This document shows positions 57,744-64,000 of a stretch of 64,000 nt of DNA, piece by piece. The DNA is from an uncultured Brevinematales bacterium. GTDB taxonomy: Bacteria; Spirochaetota; Brevinematia; Brevinematales; JAOACQ01. The notes under the pieces were generated by a model. That model ran no database searches. It was not told the DNA's origin and saw only the letters and a list, made by a program, of their open reading frames with translations. The stretch's first letter is position 1. The number at the start of each line of letters is the position of its first letter. The position numbers were made by a program, and so were the translations under genes. The DNA lies in assembly GCA_964413265.1 (NCBI GenBank), contig CAYPRX010000119.1:15445-79444 (forward strand). The letters are read 5' to 3'.

Positions 57744-59273
57744 ATGATTAAAACTTTTACTGCGTCAGCATTTTTATTTTTTATCGGACTGTCTGCTGCA
57801 TTTACTGAGGAGGCCGGAGTAGCGGGATCGGTCATCTGGACTTATAATTCAGATAAATCCGTGACAGGAAGTCTCTCCGTTGTTAATGACCGGCTGTATT
57901 TCGGAGTATTATCTGATAATTTGTACTGTCTTTCAGCAGAAAAAGGTGAAAAAAACTGGATATTCAATTCTGGAAATAACAGCAGCAGCTTCGTTTCCAG
58001 TCCATTCTCTGCAAGCGGAAAAATATTCATCGGTGCCAACCAGGCTAAAACGATGTACTGCATAGACGGATCAAGCGGATTAACTATCTGGAGCTTTACT
58101 GCCGGCGGCGGGATTGAGTCAAGTCCCCGTGTTTTCGGAGGGAGAGTATATTTCGGGGCCGATGATAATAAGGTTTACTGCCTGGATGCCGGAAACGGCG
58201 TCAAGATCTGGGATTTTACGGCAAAAAACGTAGTCAGGGCAAGTCCGCTTATAATAAGCGGAAGGGTTTACATCGGGTCTGAAGACGGAAACTTTTATTG
58301 CCTTGATGCCGCCAGCGGGAGCACTAATTGGGTCTTCAAGGCAGGGGGGCCGGTTAATTCGAGCGCCGCGTTTTTCTTTGGAAGAGTTTGTTTCGGAACA
58401 GGGAACGGGAAATTGTTCTGCCTTGACAGTGTATCCGGAAGTAAATTCTGGGATTTCATGGCCAGGGGTGGGATTGTATCAAGTCCTGCTGTTGTTGACG
58501 GCAGGATATTTTTTGGGAGTCTCGATAATAATTTTTACTGCCTTGATTTTACTTCAGGACGGAAGATCTGGATTTTCAGGACAGGTGGAGTAATAGTTTC
58601 TTCTCCAGCAATAGCGGACAGCAGAGTATATTTCGGCAGCCTTGATAAGAAATTTTATTGTCTGGATGCCGGCTCGGGCACCAACCTCTGGGAACTGGAG
58701 ACCAGCGGTCAGGTAAGGTCAAGTCCATCAGTCTCTGACGGCAGAGTATATTTTGGCAATGATGCCGGAAATGTTTATTGCCTTGATTCCGGTTCGAGGG
58801 ATGTTGAAGGAGGCAATTCACTTGGAGGACAGGAATATTTTGTTTCAGAAATCATTCTTGCAACAAACGCTCCTGAAAAGCCTGCTGAAGAAATGGCAGA
58901 AAATACCAATGCAACAAATATCAACATCACAGTTGAGAGTAATACGGAATCTGCCATTACAATAACCAACTATGTTACAAATTATATTACAATTACAAAC
59001 AGTCAGCAGGGAGCGTTTTCTATTAACCCTTCCCATAATTTTAAATACACAATACAGGCAGGCTCTTTCAAAAGTTTGAAAAACGCGAAAAAACTTTATA
59101 ATTCACTCAGAGAAAACGGTTACAATGCTTTCTATACCAATATAAAAATCGGAAGTACCAGGTATTACAGAGTCAGGGTTGGAAAGTTATTTACACTCCC
59201 CGATGCGCAGTCATTATTGGATAAACTAATGGAAGAAGGATACAAGCCGGTACTTGTAAAAATAATCAATTAA
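57744..59273 (+). CDS. Eight-blade PQQ-like (BamB-type) beta-propeller, Thr/Asn-rich linker and C-terminal SPOR domain
   Basis: Eight ~40-aa repeats W.F......SSP....RVYFG.....YCLD..SG; SPOR YTIQAGSF..NA..L..G..YRVRVG. Confidence 0.88.
   Translation: MIKTFTASAFLFFIGLSAAFTEEAGVAGSVIWTYNSDKSVTGSLSVVNDRLYFGVLSDNLYCLSAEKGEKNWIFNSGNNSSSFVSSPFSASGKIFIGANQAKTMYCIDGSSGLTIWSFTAGGGIESSPRVFGGRVYFGADDNKVYCLDAGNGVKIWDFTAKNVVRASPLIISGRVYIGSEDGNFYCLDAASGSTNWVFKAGGPVNSSAAFFFGRVCFGTGNGKLFCLDSVSGSKFWDFMARGGIVSSPAVVDGRIFFGSLDNNFYCLDFTSGRKIWIFRTGGVIVSSPAIADSRVYFGSLDKKFYCLDAGSGTNLWELETSGQVRSSPSVSDGRVYFGNDAGNVYCLDSGSRDVEGGNSLGGQEYFVSEIILATNAPEKPAEEMAENTNATNINITVESNTESAITITNYVTNYITITNSQQGAFSINPSHNFKYTIQAGSFKSLKNAKKLYNSLRENGYNAFYTNIKIGSTRYYRVRVGKLFTLPDAQSLLDKLMEEGYKPVLVKIIN
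57825..58800 (+). repeat. Intragenic ~120-bp tandem repeats (propeller blades)
   Basis: Recurring TTTTACTGCC/TTGATG-like units about every 120 bp. Confidence 0.8.
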
Positions 59274-59305
59274 ACACAAGCCAGGCTGCTACCGGAAAGG
59301 GATCT

Positions 59306-59887
59306 ATGAGCATTTTTAAATCTGATAAGATGAGCGGGCAGCTTTTAGCTGCTGTAGAGGGTAAAGAAGAAAAACGGGCATGTGAACTGGTATCAAAGGG
59401 AGCCAATGTAAATATAACAGATGAAGAGGGAGAAACACCTCTAATTAAGGCTTCCCGCTTTTCAAAAAATTTGGTTGAATTTTTTCTGAATAATAAAGCC
59501 GATATCAATGCAAGGGATAAGGACGGATGGTGCGCTCTGATGTGGGCCTCTGAGACCGGTCACAGGGATATAGTATTATTTCTGCTCGGGAAGGGCGCAT
59601 TTGTTGATAATCCCAATAATGACGGGTGGACTCCCCTTATTGAAGCTGTAATAAGCAGACATATTGATATGGCAGGTCTTTTTATTAATTGGGGGGCTGA
59701 TATTGAACATGCTGACAGCGACGGCAAAACAGCAATATTCCATGCGGTTGAGAACAGGAATATTGAAGCCGTCAAGCTTCTTATCAATAAGGGTGCTGTC
59801 CTGGATAGAATGGACAATGACGGCAGAACACCCATTTCAATTGCAGTGGAAAATAACGACATGAGAATGGCCGAGATTTTGAAGTAA
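59306..59887 (+). CDS. Ankyrin repeat protein
   Basis: GETPLI, GWCALM, GWTPLI, GKTAIF, GRTPIS repeats. Confidence 0.93.
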   Translation: MSIFKSDKMSGQLLAAVEGKEEKRACELVSKGANVNITDEEGETPLIKASRFSKNLVEFFLNNKADINARDKDGWCALMWASETGHRDIVLFLLGKGAFVDNPNNDGWTPLIEAVISRHIDMAGLFINWGADIEHADSDGKTAIFHAVENRNIEAVKLLINKGAVLDRMDNDGRTPISIAVENNDMRMAEILK

Positions 59888-59921
59888 TCTTAATCATTAT
59901 CAGGTTAGCAGATTTTATGTT

Positions 59922-59950
59922 TTGACAAAATTTGAGATTATATTTATAAT
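59922..59950 (+). promoter_or_regulatory. Perfect consensus sigma70 promoter
   Basis: TTGACA-N17-TATAAT. Confidence 0.8.
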
Positions 59951-60020
59951 TAGGCAAGTTTTAACAATTCTCAGTCGATAATTATGTGGCTTTGCATTTT
60001 TTTGTCCTGGAGGTTAAATT

Positions 60021-60650
60021 ATGGTCGTTCAAGACCTATATAAATATGAAGAAAAGGGCTGGAAAAACGAGAACACTCTCCTTATCAAGATTGATGAAAA
60101 TAAGGAGATCCAGATAAAACAAGCAGCCAGGGTTGATGATGATCATATTCTTTTTAATACTCATGGTATGTATTACAAGGAATTTCCAAGCGATTTTTCT
60201 AAAGTCAGAGCGTACACATCCTATGTAATCCAGTATGCCCCTGAATTATATAAGGAAATAAACCTGCTGGAGCAGCAGATAAGCGAGATTGTTAAGAATG
60301 GCATTGAACATGGAAACAAAATGGACGCGAATAAAAAAATAAGAATCTGGTTTGATTTTAATAAAAGGGCAAAAATTATTGTTGAAGACGAAGGAAAAGG
60401 TTTCAACATAATGGCCGATTGGAACAAATTTTCGCTGAACAGAACCATCTGCATTGTAAAGCAGGATTTTGAACATTTCGCTGAAATGATTGCATGGTAC
60501 GGTCCGGATTCAAATGAAATGGACGGCGGTAATGCTCTTTTTGCAGCCCTGGAATTCTGGAACGGCGGATTTCTTTACAATAGTAAAGGGAACAAAGTGG
60601 CTGCCGTAAGGTATTATCCGGATAATGCTGAATATAAAAATTACATTTAA
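60021..60650 (+). CDS. GHKL (HATPase_c) protein, RsbW/SpoIIAB anti-sigma kinase-like
   Basis: EIVKNGIEHGN, IVEDEGKGF, GGNALF, YNSKGN. Confidence 0.75.
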   Translation: MVVQDLYKYEEKGWKNENTLLIKIDENKEIQIKQAARVDDDHILFNTHGMYYKEFPSDFSKVRAYTSYVIQYAPELYKEINLLEQQISEIVKNGIEHGNKMDANKKIRIWFDFNKRAKIIVEDEGKGFNIMADWNKFSLNRTICIVKQDFEHFAEMIAWYGPDSNEMDGGNALFAALEFWNGGFLYNSKGNKVAAVRYYPDNAEYKNYI

Positions 60651-61696
60651 CCAAGAACTTCAAATCCTATAATTACAACATCATCCATGACAGGTGAAAT
60701 GCCACGTCGTATTTTAAGTTTTTCTGTTATATTTGTCAGCATTTCTCCCAGCGGCAGGGAGCTCTCCTCAGCCATTATTTCACAAAGATTTCTGATCCCA
60801 AGAAGATGATTCTCAGGATCTATCATTTCATATGCGCCATCGGTATAAAGAAAAAGCCTGTCTCCCTTCTGCATGTAAAATTCATATTCCTTGTAGACCA
60901 TTTTACTGGAAGCTCCGAGTATTCCTCCGCTGGCGTTAAGTATTTCTATCTGCGAAGTGTTTTTTCTAAATAAAATGGGGGGAGGATGCCCGCCGTTTGT
61001 AAAGTTAAAAATTACACCCGGATCTTTAGGATTAAAATGGAAATGCCCATAAACCGCGGTCAGGAAATGTGTTGTCATATTATTGAGCAGGCTGGAGTTA
61101 AGACGGTTCATAAACTCTCCGGGTTTTAGCCCGTACTGGCGGCAGGTCCTGTCCGCAAAGGCTTTGACAAGGGCCAGGAACAGAGCCGCTGAAACCCCAT
61201 GACCCATTATATCTCCCAGAAATACACCGAGGCCCCCTTCCCTGAAAAGCGTAAATGAGAAATAATCTCCGCCGACCGTTTCAAGCGGCATATACCTGTA
61301 ATCTATTTTCAATCTCTCAAAATGGGGTATATGTGCGGGAAGGAGAGCATTCTGTATAAGCTGTGCATTTTTAAGGTCCTGCTCAATCATCGCCGATCTG
61401 CGCCTGAGTTCTTTTTCACTTCTGAGCAGTGCTTCTTCGATCGATTTGCCGGAGCAAAAAGCAGTAATAAAGGATTCACCGCTGTTTTCCGTTCCGAGAA
61501 CCAGGATATCGGAATCGCCGTTCTTTATTTTATCCAGGGCCTCCGAATAGTTTTTAACCTTTTCCACCTTTCTTATTCTGTCGGTTAATGGAGGCAAAAG
61601 AAGGCTTTCAGCCAGGGTATCACCATCAAAGTATAAAACCGATACTTTCTTTATCGATTTATCCTGTTCAGACATAACTTTCTCCCGGACTTTCAT
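60647..61696 (-). CDS. PP2C/SpoIIE-type protein phosphatase with a degenerate REC-like N-terminus
   Basis: VGGDYF, GDIMGHG, NGGHP, LYTDG, DDVVI. Confidence 0.9.
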   Translation of the reverse strand: MKVREKVMSEQDKSIKKVSVLYFDGDTLAESLLLPPLTDRIRKVEKVKNYSEALDKIKNGDSDILVLGTENSGESFITAFCSGKSIEEALLRSEKELRRRSAMIEQDLKNAQLIQNALLPAHIPHFERLKIDYRYMPLETVGGDYFSFTLFREGGLGVFLGDIMGHGVSAALFLALVKAFADRTCRQYGLKPGEFMNRLNSSLLNNMTTHFLTAVYGHFHFNPKDPGVIFNFTNGGHPPPILFRKNTSQIEILNASGGILGASSKMVYKEYEFYMQKGDRLFLYTDGAYEMIDPENHLLGIRNLCEIMAEESSLPLGEMLTNITEKLKIRRGISPVMDDVVIIGFEVLG

Positions 61697-61746
61697 AATT
61701 CAGCATTGTAAAATTATAATTTATTTTAATGGATAATCCAATCCAT

Positions 61747-62340
61747 TTAATAAATATTTAATTGTTCCCTGCAAGTACGGGAAAGGCGAACTTGAGAGGC
61801 ATATATTTCAATGCCGCTTTTATTGATATTCAGGCAAACCCTTTCTTTTTTTTCATCCCCATTGAAAGAAACCCTGACCTGCTCCTCTCCAAGATCGAAT
61901 AACTGGTCTCTGTAAAGGCCTTCGACTCCCTGCGTATTTCCCGAGACGAGTTTGTAAAAACCGGGAACATATCTCTCTTCATGCTGACTTACAGTATCTT
62001 CTATGTATGCAATATCAGCAGGAGGGGCGAAGAATCTAACCTTTTTATTTCTGTACTGAATTATCGAATTGAGCCCGATATGCTCAGGGCATGAGGACAT
62101 ATTAACGACATAATCCAGGTCTGAAAAATTCAACCCTGCGATATTGAAGAGGGCTTCAAGATCACTCTGGCTTTCAATTACACCTGTGTTGACGAGCATT
62201 TTTTTTCCATAATCAAGCAGGACAAAATAAGAACTTCTTGACAATGATTTCCCATAGGGAAGAATTATCCTGTAACTGAATACTGTGTAAAAGACTCCTC
62301 CATTTAGACCGGATCTCAGGTAAACCATAAGGGCCTCCAT
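61747..62340 (-). CDS. Degenerate metallo-beta-lactamase-fold protein
   Basis: MBL-like topology (LVNTG, LDYVVN, FFAP) but SSCPEH in place of HxHxDH. Confidence 0.55.
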   Translation of the reverse strand: MEALMVYLRSGLNGGVFYTVFSYRIILPYGKSLSRSSYFVLLDYGKKMLVNTGVIESQSDLEALFNIAGLNFSDLDYVVNMSSCPEHIGLNSIIQYRNKKVRFFAPPADIAYIEDTVSQHEERYVPGFYKLVSGNTQGVEGLYRDQLFDLGEEQVRVSFNGDEKKERVCLNINKSGIEIYASQVRLSRTCREQLNIY

Positions 62341-62358
62341 TCGAAATTAAAATAAGGC

Positions 62359-62397
62359 AAAAAAAAACCCGCGGGCTTTAAGCCTGCGGGTTTTTTT
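62359..62397. terminator. Bidirectional Rho-independent terminator
   Basis: A9-CCCGCGGGC-TTTAA-GCCTGCGGG-T7. Confidence 0.88.
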
Positions 62398-62411
62398 ATA
62401 TTTTAAGCCTT

Positions 62412-62525
62412 TTACGGGCATAAAATATCGTTAGCCGGGAACAGGCCGCCCCTATTGAATTCGACATAAATAAGCACTGACTTGCAGAAAAGAGACATTA
62501 TAGAAATTCTGTTCTCGGAATTCAT
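62412..62525 (-). CDS. Possible 37-aa small ORF (or non-coding RNA body)
   Basis: MNSENRISIMSLFCKSVLIYVEFNRGGLFPANDILCP; AGGGG upstream; lies between promoters and a terminator. Confidence 0.3.
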   Translation of the reverse strand: MNSENRISIMSLFCKSVLIYVEFNRGGLFPANDILCP

Positions 62526-62542
62526 TATAAACCCCTAAGATT

Positions 62543-62582
62543 ATATCGGAATGATTTTAGCATCTATTAAGAGCTTTGTCAA
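62543..62582 (-). promoter_or_regulatory. Overlapping sigma70 and sigma28-like promoters
   Basis: TTGACA-N17-TAAAAT (62582-62554) and TAAT-N15-TCCGATAT (62569-62543). Confidence 0.55.
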
Positions 62583-62626
62583 ATTTAAAATTAAAAAACT
62601 CGATAAACCTGAATAATTCTTATTGC

Positions 62627-62655
62627 TTGACAATTAAGCTTTTAGGAATTAGAAT
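62627..62655 (+). promoter_or_regulatory. Sigma70 promoter
   Basis: TTGACA-N17-TAGAAT. Confidence 0.7.
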
Positions 62656-62684
62656 AAAATCAAGGAGATCTGAGCGGAGGTTAG

Positions 62685-63056
62685 ATGCACAGGATTCTCG
62701 CTGTTGATGATTATCAGGAGATTCTCAATATAGTTAAAACCAAACTCACAAGGAGCGGATACGAGGTTGAAACTACGAGTGATGCTTCTGAAGTCCTGGA
62801 ATTGATAAAAAATTTCAATCCTGAAGTTATACTGATGGATATAATGATGCCGAGAATAACAGGCTTTGAGCTGTGCAAAATGATTAAGGCCGATGCCGGT
62901 ATGAAGCACATCAAAATTATTTTTTTAACTGCGAAGGACCTTGATTTCGCACGCAAAAAGGCGGAAGAAGTAGGTTCCGACGGATTTATCGCAAAGCCCT
63001 TTTCACCCAATGAGCTTGCCGAATATATTGACTCACTCTTCAGTAATGTGAAATGA
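62685..63056 (+). CDS. Single-domain response regulator
   Basis: VDD, LMDIMMP (phospho-Asp), LTAK, FIAKPF. Confidence 0.92.
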   Translation: MHRILAVDDYQEILNIVKTKLTRSGYEVETTSDASEVLELIKNFNPEVILMDIMMPRITGFELCKMIKADAGMKHIKIIFLTAKDLDFARKKAEEVGSDGFIAKPFSPNELAEYIDSLFSNVK

Positions 63057-63928
63057 CGGGGAAACGTCATAAAAATCTTATGATAGATGCTTCGACAAAA
63101 GTGTACTGTATTATAGGCAAACCTGTGAGGCACTCTTTTTCTCCGGCAATGCAGAATGCCGCCTTTAGAGAAAAGAGTATAAATGCAGTTTACACTGCCT
63201 TCGAAGTAGAAGATGCGGGCAGAGCCGTAGCGGCCATAAAAACGCTTGGCATTGCCGGTGCAAGCGTTACTATTCCATACAAAGTCGATATAATTCCATT
63301 TCTCGATGAGATTTCTGATATAGCCGGTATGATAGGGTCGGTGAATACTATTGTATCAAGGGAGGGGAAGCTGTTCGGTGATAATACCGATGCTCCGGGA
63401 TTTTACAGGGCCATTACGGGGAAAACAGTTATCGAGGGTAAAACAATAGTGCTGTTCGGGGCTGGCGGAGCAGGAAGGGCCATACTTTTCGCACTTTATT
63501 ATTACTCCAGGCCGGAGATAGTTTATCTTATTGATTCAAATAAGAAGAGATCGGCTGATCTTGCCTGTAATATCAGGAAAACCTTCAAGGAGAGCAGTGT
63601 CAGTGATGCAGCGCATATAGTATCAGAAGATAGTGAGAACTGGCAAAAAATAAAAAAGGGCATCGACATAATAATAAATGCCACCCCTGTAGGCATGGAC
63701 CCCCATACAGGATCATCTGTCCTTACGGAAGAAGAAATCCCGTATGGAACTGTCCTGATGGACATAGTATATCATCCGCATGAGACGGCACTTATAAAGG
63801 CCGCTATACGAAGGAATTGCGATATAGTTTACGGATCAGATATGCTTCTGTTCCAGGGGGCCCTGCAGTTCGAATTATGGACAGGCATTGAAGCACCGGT
63901 CGATGCAATGCGGAGAGTGATACTATGA
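63053..63928 (+). CDS. aroE: Shikimate dehydrogenase
   Basis: HSFSP.MQN, SVTIPYK, SVNT, NTD, GAGGAG, NATPVGM, QGALQF. Confidence 0.95.
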   Translation: MTGKRHKNLMIDASTKVYCIIGKPVRHSFSPAMQNAAFREKSINAVYTAFEVEDAGRAVAAIKTLGIAGASVTIPYKVDIIPFLDEISDIAGMIGSVNTIVSREGKLFGDNTDAPGFYRAITGKTVIEGKTIVLFGAGGAGRAILFALYYYSRPEIVYLIDSNKKRSADLACNIRKTFKESSVSDAAHIVSEDSENWQKIKKGIDIIINATPVGMDPHTGSSVLTEEEIPYGTVLMDIVYHPHETALIKAAIRRNCDIVYGSDMLLFQGALQFELWTGIEAPVDAMRRVIL

Positions 63929-64000
63929 GGGCTTTTTTAAAGTCATCCAAGCTTGAAAACGTTCTATACGACATCAGGGGGCCTGTTTCTGACGAGGCAC
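63925..64000 (+). CDS. alaA: PLP-dependent aminotransferase, AlaA type (5' fragment)
   Basis: MRAFLKSSKLENVLYDIRGPV resembles the AlaA N-terminus; ATGA overlap with aroE. Confidence 0.75.
   Translation, partial: MRAFLKSSKLENVLYDIRGPVSDEA

Noticed and set aside
1320-63765. The many 60-150 aa ORFs in the track that overlap well-supported genes (e.g. 17723-18181, 40453-40878, 62714-63133)
   Set aside because: Antisense or out-of-frame shadows with no recognisable motifs or RBS.
1-64000. CRISPR arrays, tRNA/rRNA, tmRNA, RNase P, SRP, IS elements, prophage and defence systems
   Set aside because: I found no repeat-spacer periodicity, conserved RNA signatures, or transposase, integrase or nuclease genes.

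Overview
A gene-dense 64 kb piece of core bacterial chromosome at roughly 40% GC (estimated by eye). I see no rRNA, tRNA, CRISPR array, transposase, integrase or phage genes. The flgG gene, an MsbA-like exporter, lgt, sigma70 promoters close to consensus and Thr-Asn-rich exported proteins suggest a free-living diderm, probably a spirochaete (Brevinematales-like); this is inference, not a database result. Housekeeping genes include mutL, lgt, gltX, clpP-clpX-lon, xseB, argC, flgG, dinB, mnmG, ilvD, hisS, aroF-tyrA, aroE and alaA (partial). Most interesting: (1) an unannotated 229-nt rod-like nested inverted repeat (36630-36858) whose G-U pattern points to a minus-strand structured RNA with 6S-like geometry, next to a second structured 5' leader; (2) an MFS, polyprenyl synthase, MenA and NDH-2 operon resembling a minimal quinone-salvage respiratory module, bracketed by two paralogous small genes, one missing from the ORF track; (3) parts of a protein O-mannosylation pathway (Ppm1-like GT2, GT39 PMT, PA14 protein), with apparent TN/SN enrichment in exported proteins; (4) a FolC-O-methyltransferase fusion; (5) a ~185-nt transcription unit bounded by promoters and a terminator at 62360-62547. 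All product calls come from motif recognition, not database searches.
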